Assembly: GCF_009914755.1 (NCBI RefSeq)
Contig: NC_060928.1
Strand: one strand, 5' to 3'
Source: the human T2T-CHM13v2.0 reference genome, Homo sapiens
Length of the DNA stretch: 64,000 nucleotides
The stretch's first letter is position 1. The number at the start of each line of letters is the position of its first letter. A model generated the notes under the pieces. The model worked only from the letters and a program-made list of their open reading frames with translations, ran no database searches and was not told the origin of the DNA. Shown here piece by piece: positions 11,651 to 23,450 of this stretch. The position numbers were made by a program, and so were the translations under genes.

Positions 11651-14600
11651 AATTTTGATACTGGGAGTGGTTCTAGAGGAACTGAATTTTAAGTATTGAT
11701 TTGTAAATTGGCTGTGGAGTTTCTGCAATTGGTTCTCCAATTCAATTAGATTTAAAAAACATTAATCTATTTCTAGTAGTAAAGAGTGCACTGACAGTCC
11801 ATGGTATAATGCAGCAATACAGATATGCAAAATACCACCACTGGATACTGCTAATCAGACACATATAAGAGGCAAGGTTCTGAGTGATCATGTCTATGAG
11901 GGTCTGGGTGACAATGTTCATGATATCTTTGAACATTTCCTCAAAATAATGCTTATAATCAGTTGTGCTTGTTGTTCCTAATGTCACTGGACAAACAGGA
12001 AGGAACAGCGTGAGATCAAGTATTCAAATTCCCAAGCCCATTTGCTGCAAAAAATAACCTGAAAGCTTCTATGTCTGCCTGAAAAAGATTCTTATCTCCT
12101 GTGGCCTCAGAACTGAGACAGATAAAAACCAAATGCAGAGTCTCATAATGCAAGTGGTTAAATAACAATGCAGGTAGAATTCCCAACCTCTCAGGGAGCT
12201 GTCTATTAAAATAAGGGCATTGATTGGGAAGAATTGCATTTCTGAAAATTTGAATGGAGACATATGAGAAGATACTGATGAAGGTCAAGACTGAACCATT
12301 TAATCCTGATGAGTATTCTGTGCCAGTAGAAGCATCATCTCCACCTCCTTCTGAGAACATTTGCTCTTTATTTCTAAAGAAACTTTTATGGCGTCCCTTG
12401 AGGCAGTTGCCTTGGAAGACACTGATGATTTTTTCATGACCCACCCTCAACAACCCTCTTTATTTTAGACCTATAACTAGACATAAGTCCCAGAAGCCCC
12501 TAAAGGTGGGGTACAAGGTGTGAACCATGAGGAAGTATGCTATGCTCCAAAATAACTTCTTTATTTTAATAATATATGTAGAGAAAAATCCAGAGAATGC
12601 ATATGTGAATGAATATTAACAGTGTGGGATACTGATGGAAGGAACATAAAGGTAGAATTTCTTTGGGCTCACTTAGAAGATATTCTGCATTTAATGGTAT
12701 AGGAGAGGGAATTAGTTTGTTTGGTTCATTGGCTGAAACAAACCAAAAGTGGTCCACAGTAAATAAACTTGAAATGTCAGAACTCCCTTGGTAAACTATA
12801 GAGGAAGAGATTCAAAGGCTTTGGGAGATTGAAATATTAGAGTTATTTGTCATTTAAAACCTATTAACTCACCCCAGGAGAGTCCAGAGGATGCACCTTT
12901 TACTTAAATGGTGAGAAATAATTTTTTCAGTGGAACCCTGTCATCCTTGAAGAGTTCTGTGATTGTTCTTCTCTGTAGAGCAGAACTTAGGGTGGGAATT
13001 GCAGCCACTGAAGCGGGATATCTACATTCAGTGAGAGTAATTAAATCCCAGGGTGTGGGGGTGGTCTTGTGGTAGTTCTTAAGTGCCAAAGGCAGAGTGG
13101 ACCTGGTTACCATAATGAACAGCAGAGTCAAAGCAACCATCAGAATAGTCTAATTTGTACAGACCTATGGCTTTGGCTGGTTGATCATTATGTTCCTAGA
13201 GGATAAATAGATAGCCTACTAAACTCTTATTTGATTTGTATAAGGAGAAATTTCTAGGTCAAGTGAAAAAAGTCTGATTTCAATTATAAAAACAAAAAGT
13301 CATGGCCCCTCATCCAATTTTCTAACGTGGGCCAACTTGCAGACTCAGAAACTCCTAAATGAAGGGGAGGCTTGTCGTCTTGAGGAAGGGCCCTAGCATA
13401 CTGTCAATAATCAATACTGTTAATTATTTTCCCAGACTTCTGCAAAGGGACCTACAGCCTTTTATCAGAATTACTGCACAGGAGAAAAGGAAGTAACCAG
13501 ACATTTTGGGAATTACTGCACACTGGCTCTGAACTGACACAAATTCCAGGAAACCCAAAATGTCACTCTGGCCACCAATCAGAGTAAGAGCTTATGGAGG
13601 TCAGGTGAGCCATGGAGTTTTCGATCATGTCTGTCTCATAGTTGGTCCCTGAATCCACCCTGTGGTCATTTCTCCGGTAGCAGGTGCATAATTGGAAAAG
13701 ACAAAGTTAGCACCTGGCAGAGTCTCCATTTAGGACCATGACTTGTGCTACTATGGTAGAAAAGAGCAACTGGGAAGCCATTATCACTGCCATTACTTCT
13801 TTTTCATTAAATTGTAAACTAAAGGCAATAACACATCCCTGGAGGAATTATAGAGATTAGTGCCACTATCAAGGACTTAAAAGAAAAAAAAGCAGAAGTA
13901 GTAATCTCCATCACATTCGCAGTCAACTCTTTTATTTTGCCTGTGCAGAAGACAGATGGATCTTGGATAACTTTGGATTATCATAGTCTTTACCAGGTCA
14001 TAATTCCAATTGCACCTACTGTACCAGACGTGGTTTTTTTTTTTTTTTTTTTTTTGGTTGAGCAAATTAACACATATCCTGGTACCTAGTATGTAGCTAT
14101 TGACCTGGCACATTTATTTTCTTTCATTCCTGTTAATAAGGCCTACCAGAAGCCGTCAGTTTTTAACTGGCAAGGCCTGCCATATATCTTTGTTGTCCTA
14201 CATTGGAGTATATCAACTCTTCAGTCTTACGTCATAATTTGGTTTGCATGGACCTTGATCACCTTTCCCTTCTGTAAGATTTCACACTTGTCTGTTACAT
14301 TGGTACATATGCTGATTGGAGCTGGTGGGCATAAAGTAGCAAGAACTCTAGAGAGTGGAAAATAAATCTGACTAAAATTTAAAGATCTTCAATGTCAGTA
14401 AAATTTCTATGAGTCCAATGGTGTTGGTCATGTAGAACTATTAGGTTGAGGCAAAAGTAATTGCTGTTGTTGCCATTAGTTTTAATGACTAGCTCTTCTA
14501 AGGGGAAGGATAGGTTGTTGCATTTGGCTCTTCCTCTAACCAAGAAAGAGGCACAATGTCTACCTAGTGAGCCTTTTTGAATTTTGGCAGCAACATGTTC

Positions 14601-14871
14601 CTCATTGGCTGTGTTACTCTGGCCCATTTACCAAGTGACTCAAAAAGCTGCTAGTTTTGAATGGGGCCCAGAACAAGAGAAGGCTTTGTGATAAGTCTCC
14701 AGGGTGCTGTGCAAACTGCTCTGCCACTTAAACCATGTGATCCAATGGTGTTTCGAGTGTCAGTGGCAGATAGGGATGCTGTTTGGAGCCTTTGGAAGGA
14801 CTCTGTTGATGAATTGTAGCACAGGCCTTTAGGAATTTTAGCAAGGCTCTGTCATCATCTGCAGGTAACTA
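11651..14871 (+). mobile_element. ERVL internal region part 1 (gag, pro, RT remnants)
   Basis: ERVL leader 'attttgatactgggagtggttctagaggaac'; protease-like 'actggctctgaactgacac'; RT-like 'cctgtgcagaagacagatggatcttgg' and degenerate YIDD 'ttacattggtacatatgctgattgg'. Confidence 0.88.
14441..14489 (+). mobile_element. One-armed MADE1 (Hsmar1 MITE) inside the ERVL RT
   Basis: 'ttaggttgaggcaaaagtaattgctgttgttgccattagttttaatgac' matches the left TIR plus spacer of MADE1; TA on both sides. Confidence 0.8.
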
Positions 14872-16578
14872 TTTTAATGTTTTTAAATTTTAGTTTAATT
14901 TTTTAAGCTTTTAAATTTTTAAAATTGTTATTGACAGATAAAATTATATGTATGTACCATGTTCAACATATTGTTTGAAGTATGTATAGACTGTGGAATA
15001 ACTAAATCTTCCTACTTAACATATGTGTTTCTTTACCTAGTTATTATTTTTGTGATCAGAACATTTTACATCTATTTTCTTAGCATTTTTCAGAATAGAA
15101 TATATTGTCAACCATAGTCACCATGGTGTACAATAGATTTCTTTCATTTATTCCTTCTATCTAACAAAAATTTTGCGTCCTTTGACCAACATTTCTCAAG
15201 ACCTCCTTCAACCACACCAGCCCCTATAATCACCATTATACTCTACTTCTATGAGATCAATTCACGAAATTGTTCACTGTTTGTTTTTCTGCGTATGGCT
15301 TATTTCACTTAACATAATATCTTCAAGGTTCATTCATGTTGTCACAAATGATGGGATTTCCATTGTTTTTTTGTGGCTGAATAGCATTTCCTTCTGTATA
15401 TACTACATTTTCTTTATTCATTTATCCATTGATGGACACTTAAGTTGATAACATATCTTAGCTATTATGAATAATGCTGCAATAAACGTGTTAGTGTAGA
15501 TTTGTCTTCAATGCACTCATTTAATTTCCTTTGAATATTTACCCAGTACCGGAATTACTGGATGATGTGGTAGTTCTAGTTTTAATTTTTTGAGAAACCT
15601 CCATACTGTTTTTTATAATGGCTATACTAATTTATACTCCCACTAATAGTGCACAATTTTTTTCTACATCCAAGTCAACATTGGCTATCTTTTGGCTTTT
15701 TAAAAAGATAGCTGTTCTAACAAGAGTTAGGTAATATCTTTTGGCTTTTTGAAAAGATAGCTGTTCTAACAAGAGTGAGGTAATAATTGTGGTTTTGATT
15801 TGCATTTCTCTGATGATTAGTGATGTTGAACATTTTCCTTCAAATACCTATTGGCCCTTCATATATCTTCTTTTGAGAAATCTACAAACATTCCTTTTGA
15901 TCACTTTTTGATCTGTTTACTTTGTTTCTTGCTATGGAGTTATTGGTGCTGAGGTGTGCCAGAGCCTGGGGAAGATGTGGCTGGTGCAGAGCTGGACATG
16001 CCAGTAACTCAGGGCAGATGTGACTGGTTCAGTGCTGGGTGTGCCAGAAGGCTGGGACTACTGACAGCTGCCTGGAGCCCAAGTTACTGAAGTCAGCCCA
16101 GTGGCTGTGCAGATAGGAGATTCAGTCTGCCATACAAGCCTGAAGCCTAGGACTGTGTGGTTCCACCAGGCACTGGGGAAGGTCTAGAGGCTCAATAGAA
16201 GCCTGCCTATCTGGAGTTTAGGGTCATAGGGGTTTGCCTGGTGCTGGCTTTTACTGTGGCAGGCCCAGTGTTGAGGTGTAGGACACAGTTCTGTGCTCAT
16301 TTTCCTCTCTTTTCTCCAGGTGGATGGTATCTCTTTTCACACTGTGTTACCTGAGGCTGGGGGAGGGGTAAAGCAGATAATGTAAAACTGTCCTTTCTAC
16401 TCTCTTCAATGCATCTTTACTTATTATTTATTGTGCTACAACCCAATACTGTAATCTCACCTGGTTTTCTTAGCTCTTGTGAAGGTCTTTTTTTTTGCGT
16501 GGATTATTCAAATTGATATTTCTGGAAAGGGCTGATCACTGAAAAGAGTGATACTCTGCCATCTTGCTCCACGCCTTC
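14872..16578 (-). mobile_element. L1MA-type element with its 5'UTR fused to the 3' ~1 kb, inserted in ERVL pol
   Basis: T-rich tail plus 3'UTR/ORF2 end 14880-15940; GC-richer 5'UTR 15945-16578 ending 'gccatcttgctcc' (reverse of the L1 start ggagcaagatggc). Confidence 0.8.
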
Positions 16579-18570
16579 TTCAACTACTTGGGCCTTAGTA
16601 GAGATTTAATGCTTAACCAGGGGCCAACAAGTTATCATGAGATCTGAGCTGCCTATTATTAACTGGGTATTTTCTGACCTACCAAGCCATAAAGTTAGGC
16701 TTGCACAGCAATAGTCCATCATCAAATATAATTTGTATTTATATATATGAGCAAGCCCTGAGGGAACAAATAGGTTGCATAAACAGGTGGCCTTTATGCC
16801 CACAGTCTAACTCTTACTATGCTGCCCTCCCTCTCAGTCTGTGCCTATGCACTCATAAAAAAGAGAAGACTCAGCCTAGTTGACAGATGGTTCTGCAGGA
16901 TTTGTAGGCAACACCAAAAAGTGGATAGCTGCAGACTCCAGTCATCTCTGGGATATCCTTAAAGGACAGTAGTAAAGACCATTCCTCCCAGTTGGCAGAA
17001 CTTGGGGCAATCCATCTGTTCTGTACTTTGCTCCAAAGAAGAAATGGCAAGATGTGCTATTATACACTGATTGATTCATGGGCTGTGGCCAATAATTTGA
17101 CTAGATAGTCAGGGACTTGGTAGAAACATTATCAGAAAATTAGTGATCAAGATACTTGGGGAAAAAAACTCATGGATAAATTTTACTGAATAGGTAAAAA
17201 CCGTGAAGATGGTTTTGTCCCATGTAAATGGTCACCAAAGGGTAACATGACAGGAGAAGGATTTTTATAATCAAATGGGTAGAATGACCTGTTCTGTAGA
17301 TATCAATCAGCCTCGTTCCCAACTACCTATCATCACTCAATTGGCTCATAAACAAAGTGGCCATGGTATCAGGGATGGAAGTTATGGTGAACTTAGGGAT
17401 ATGGACTGCCTCTCACAAAGGCTGATCTGGTTATAGTCACTGCTGAGTGCCCAATTTTCAGCAGCATAGACCAACTCTGATCTCCTGACATGGCATCATT
17501 CCCTGAGGTGGTCAACCAGCTACCTGGTTGTAGTTTGAATACATTAGAACATTTCCATCATGGAAGGAACAAGGTTTTGTCCTTACAAGAATAGACACTT
17601 CCTCTAGATTAGAACTTGCCTTTCCTGTATGCAGTACTTCTGCAAAAACTACCATTTATGGAATTACAGAATGTAATTATGATCATGATGTTCCACACAG
17701 CCACACAGTATTGCTTCTGATCAAGGAACTCACTTTACAGCAAAACAATTGCAGCAATAGGGCCATGTTCAAAGACTATTGTTCTTAATGCATTCCCTAA
17801 TATCCTGAATCAGCTGCCTGGATAGAACACTGGAATGGCCTGTTGAAGATTCTGTTACAGCACTGGCTATGTGCAAATACATCAGTGTGCAACATATGAT
17901 GCTATGTCTCCAATAGCCAGGATTAACAGGTCCAGAAATCAAGCGGTGGAAATGAGAGTGTTACCACTCATTATTACCCCAAATGACACACTAACAACAT
18001 TTTTGTTTTATTTTTCCAGGACTTCATTCTCTGCTGGACTGGAGGTGTTACTTCCAGAGGGAGGAATGGTTCCACCAGGAGACACAACAAGAATTCCACA
18101 GAACTGTAAGCTAAGACTGCCACGTGGTCACTTTAGGCTTCTCATACCTCCAAAGCAACAAGCAAGGAAGAGAGTTACGGCGTTGGCTAGGGTAAAAGAC
18201 CCTGGCTACCAAGGGGAAACTGGACAATTCTTTTATTATATAATGGAAGAAAGGAAAGTATTTCTGAAATACGGGTGATCCCTTAGTGTGTCTCTTTGTA
18301 TTATCATGCCTTGTGATTAAAGCCAATGAAAAATTACAAAAACCTAATCAAGGCAAAACTACTAATGGCCCCAACATTTCAGGAATTAAACCTTGGGTTA
18401 CCTCACCAGGTAAAGAACCATAATCAGCTGCTGTAGTTGCAGAAGGCAAAGGAAATATGGAATAGGTAGTGAGAGAATGTAGGTATAAAGACCAACTGCA
18501 ACCATCTAAACAATTATAGATAAAAGGACTGTAATTACTCTGAACATTAGTTTCTTACGAATATGTTTCT
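16579..18570 (+). mobile_element. ERVL internal region part 2 (RNase H, integrase, dUTPase); no 3' LTR
   Basis: 'gttgacagatggttctgca' (TDGSA), 'gattcatgggctgtggccaat' (DSWAVAN), 'ttgcttctgatcaaggaactcactttacagc' (ASDQGTHFTA). Confidence 0.88.
18020..18235 (+). pseudogene. dut: ERVL dUTPase remnant
   Basis: ORF 17871..18278 'SAGLEVLLPEGGMVPPGDTTRIPQNCKLRLPRGHFRLLIP...DPGYQGE' matches HERV-L dUTPase, in its expected position after integrase. Confidence 0.85.
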
Positions 18571-18582
18571 TTCTCTCTCTTT

Positions 18583-18590
18583 CACACACA

Positions 18591-18626
<36 letters not shown>
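18583..18626. repeat. (CA)n microsatellite
   Basis: About 21 CA units, read directly. Confidence 0.97.
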
Positions 18627-18629
<3 letters not shown>

Positions 18630-19114
18630 GTAAGGCTCCCCTAATAGTCTAACAAGGAGCTGGAAGTTCTGATGTAGTCAGTCTGCCAAGAGTGGGAGTG
18701 GGAAATGCCCATGGTTATGTGGCCTCTGCATCATGAGACAAACAGGTCAGATATTTCCATCAGTAGCTGTAATTCATTTATTTAGTTTTCAGACTGCATT
18801 ACTATGTTTAATTACATAGTCTGTAGTTTTCCAAGTGGCTAGTCCAAAAAGCTAGACCACTGGCAACAATTCTAGAGTCTAAAGTAAATAACCCACAACT
18901 ATAATGGAAGCAAAACCACTGGACACAGGGTTTTAGTTTAGTCATGCTATCAAGGAGCCAGCCTCTGGCACTTAGGCCAATGAATGGAGGATCTAGTTGA
19001 CCCGGTAGCTTTTTTTTAGGCAAAGCAGGGAAGGACAGTTTTTTTTTTTTCTTTCCAGTGAGATAGCTGTCCATTTTTGTTTCTTTCCAGTGAGACAGCT
19101 GTCCATTTTTGTTT

Positions 19115-19462
<348 letters not shown>

Positions 19463-20685
19463 TGAGTATACCATTTATATTCCTAAGTTAGGATGTTTGT
19501 GTCCTTGTTAGTCATTGAGTCCGATTTGACCTTTCACAAATGAGAATTTCAGGCCAGAGAGCAAAAAGCCCTTTATAGGTCAGGTGTTCAGTTTCAGCAA
19601 GAGCCCAGTAGCAAGCTAATAGTTGTTTTCTAAAAGCAGTGCACCTGGTAGCTATGTTAAGGAGGCCAAAAGTCTAAAACTCCAAAAGGCACCTCTCGGA
19701 GGTGGAGGTTGTCTCCCTTTACCAGAGGCTGACATTTGAAAAATTATAAGTTGTAGAGATTTGTACTATCTGTAACACTCAAAGTATTTAATAGGTTGCT
19801 GGGCATCCCTTTTGATGCTGGAGCCAAAAAGAGGAAAGATTTCCCCTGAATATCAAACTCATCGTTGTGAATCCACTCACATCTTCTCAACTTTTAAATA
19901 GCAAGGCTGTTTGGTATTTAAAATTTGGTAGCCTATGCTGAAGAAGGGTGATTGCACTACAGTTAGGGCCTTCAACACTAAAGTTTCTGATGAACCAATT
20001 GACAGTACATCATCCGTATAGTAAGTGCCTTAAACATTAGAGGATAGAGGCACTCACGGCAAATCCTGATCCACCTAGTGGCAGATGGCAGGGGAGTTGG
20101 CTTCAGTAGCATCTTTCTATCTGCAGCTCTCTCATTGTTGGGATAATCTTCTCTGGCAAATATGGAGTGGAGAAGTTCAAGCATATGACACATCAATTTC
20201 TGGTATATATTCAAATGCAAAAGTAAGGAAAATATTACATTAATTGGCTCAAGGATCCCCATTTTCTGGATTCAATGATCCATAGGTATTTTCATGTTTC
20301 TGCTCCATTAGGCCTTTCTGGGTAAAGAGAACTGGCACTGGGTTAAAGGGTGATTGAATGGCAAATAATCCTTAGAAGTTAAAGACCGAGGTCTCAGAGA
20401 GATTTAGTGATAGCTCCCCACTAGATATTTGCTCACCTTGCAAAGTGTAATACAAACATCAGCCTGTAAGGCTGATGTAAAAGCTTCTGTAAAAGCTTGG
20501 AGCTTCACAATTTTGTGATTTTCTCAGTGTGATGTATACTCCTGCATTCACAGACACATCTGGTTCTCATTACTTGGTGCTTGGAGATTTAGGGCATGAG
20601 AAATAGGACCCAGATGCTCTGTGGAAGAAAGGTATGTTCCCTGATCCAGAGATCTGGGGTTTTTCTGTATAAGTATTTTAATAGT

Positions 20686-20692
20686 ATCTATC

Positions 20693-20739
<47 letters not shown>

Positions 20740-20842
20740 ATCTATCATCTATCTACCTAATCTATCGAATCTGTCTCTCTACCATATCATCTATCTATCT
20801 ATTATCTATCTACCTAATCTATCTAATCTGTCTCTCTACCAT
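20686..20842. repeat. Compound (TATC)n repeat with a higher-order duplication
   Basis: About 11 TATC units, then two copies of 'ctacctaatctatc(g/t)aatctgtctctctaccat'. Confidence 0.93.
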
Positions 20843-21497
20843 TGGCAAGCTACTGGTTAGGTTGCAAGTAGAGTCCCTTCTAATATCCTTCACAGTGCTA
20901 GACCTAACACTCACCTGCAAGTACACTGAATTTCCCTCTTACATTGTGACCCCTGCCCAAATGTATGAGCCAAATCCAGCCACTTCCAAACCTTGTTGAT
21001 TCAGAGGTATGAGGAACCCAAAGTAACCAGGTGGCAGTCTTAGCAAGATGACCAGATCTAAGCGGAATGATTACCTGAATGTTTGTATTCAACAGAATCA
21101 TAAAAGTTTGGGTCCCTCCCTTTCTTGACATTCCACAGTATATTGAACATTTTTCTTTTTCCTTAAAACAGCAGAGATCAGGTAGAGGGGAAAGGAAGAA
21201 TAAGAGTGTTCAGAGAAAGAGACCTAAATACATGAAATATATGTATATTTAACTTGTCTGTGGTCATTCTTTTACAAGTATGTCGAAAGTATAAAATATT
21301 TTCAATGAAGTATTATTTTTAGTATGTCGTTCTATGTTGATTTACAGGAATTACTTTAAAATAAAGTAATCATTACATACAACAGAGTAGTTAACAGTGG
21401 CAAAAAAGTTATAGAAATTTATAATTTAAAAAAGGAGAGGTCAATAAAATATAGTTTTGAGGGAAGAAAAGCACGTTAAATAATAATACAGCTACAG

Positions 21498-21560
21498 CAG
21501 GTGTTGGCAAACAATGGCCTCTTGGACAAATTTTGCCCATGGCTTGTTCTTGCACATTCC
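21498..21560 (+). mobile_element. hAT-Charlie (MER58-like) terminal fragment
   Basis: 'caggtgttggcaaacaatggcctcttggacaaattttgccc' resembles the MER58 start CAGGGGTCGGCAAACTACGGCCCGCGGGCCAAATCCGGCCC. Confidence 0.55.
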
Positions 21561-22830
21561 TTGATCTAAGAAGATAAATAATACAAATATTGTACTGTGC
21601 ATTTAAAATTTTCTTAAGAGGATAGCTCTTATGTGAAGTGTCCTTACCATAATAACACAAAATTAAAAAGTGATTTTTTTATTAAATAGAGTAGAAAAGG
21701 GGAGAAAGGGAAGAAGAATAAAGAAAAGGAGATGCTGCTGCCATTGAAACCATATTTAGCCAACAAAAATAAAACAATTACTTCCAGACTCTGTATAGAA
21801 AATATTTGCCAAGCATTATTGTACTGCATGATAATATTTTTGTAAGACACAAACACACAAATACTATATATACTTAACATAGGTAATTAATTGTTAAAAT
21901 TTCAATAAGTGTTTTATATAAATCCAACCATAGCTTTCTTCCTAATAATATGAAAACTAAAAATGTGAAAAATTAATATAGAGGGACTGGTTAACGAATC
22001 ATATCTTAAAATAAGGTTACAATTTATGTAATTTACTACACAATTTCTTTCTTAACATTGCCTTCTAGAAATACCACTATTTTAATTAATATGTAAAACA
22101 TATATTTTAGATAAGCCGTATATTTTTCCGAAGTTGAATCCTGTTAATAGCTATTCCGTTGTTTCTTAGTTTTTCTTTTTAACTTAAGCAATGGTATAAT
22201 AAAACAATCACATACCTGTATTTTTTATTACTGGTTTTTTTCTATGGGAGAGATTACTAAGAATTAAATTTCTAGGTTGTGGTATATTTATTGTTTTAAT
22301 TTTAATAGCTATCTCTGTATTATTTCCTTTGTAAAACAGAACTATTGTAATAATATACACTTCTACCAGAAATGTATGAGAAAGACTCTTTTTGTGAATC
22401 CCTGAGAGATACTTTGTTACTGCTCGTCTTTATTTTTACCACTCCTACTCTAATTTATAAGATATGGTTCTACTTTGTAATGTTGGTTGTATTAACATTA
22501 AACAATGAATAAAATTTGAAGAAAAGTATCATACTTTTCTGAGAACTTATTTACTTATGTAAATTATTTTATGTAAATTTTGAGAAGATATTTATGTAAT
22601 CCAATTGACAACTTTAAGTAGTTTAAAAATAATTAAAATATATTATTCTATATAAGACATGTTAATAAAATATTAAGCAGGCTAACATGGATGTCATAAA
22701 TAGAAATAAACCTACTATGACTAAGAACGAGAGGAAGACTAACTGGAATAAAGGGAGAGAGAGAAAAAGAGAGAGAACAGAACATATCAATAACCAAATA
22801 TAAATGTTAGATATAATTAACTGAATAACA

Positions 22831-23450
22831 ATGCTTTTACACTGTTGGTGAGACTGTAAATTAGTTCAACCATTGTGGAAGACAGTGTGGCAATTCCTCA
22901 AGGATCAAGAACCAGAAATACCATTTGACCCAGCAATCCAAAGGATTATAAATCATTCAACTATAAAGACACATGCACACATATGTTTACTGAAGCACTA
23001 TTTACAATAGCAAAGACTTGGAACCAACCCAAATGCCCATCAATGATAGACTGGATAAAGAAAATGTGGCACATATACACCATAGAATACTATGCAGCCA
23101 TAAAAAAGAATGAGTTCATGTCCTTTACAGGGACATGGATGAAGCTGGAAGCCATCACTTGCAGCAAACTAACACTGGAACAGAAAGCCATGTTCTCACC
23201 CATAAGTGGAAATTGAACAATAGAACACATGGACACAAGGAGGGGAACATCACACACCAGGACCTGTTGGGGGTTGCAGAGCAAGGGGAAGGAGAGCATT
23301 AGGACAAATAACTAATGAATGTGGGGCTTGAAACCTAGATAATGGGTTGTTAGATACAGCAAACCACCATGGCACATGTATACCTGTGTAACAAACCTGC
23401 ACGTTCTGCACATGTATTCAAGGACTTAAAGTAAAACTTAAAAAATAATA
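22831..23450 (+). mobile_element. 5'-truncated L1PA (about PA8-PA10) 3' end
   Basis: ORF 22983..23216 'LFTIAKTWNQPKCPSMIDWIKKMWHIYT'; 3'UTR 'gcaaaccaccatggcacatgtatacc' and A-rich tail. Confidence 0.92.

Noticed and set aside
20066-20092. CTCF-like 'ccacctagtggcagatggcag'
   Set aside because: Only a partial match on either strand, inside an ERV relic
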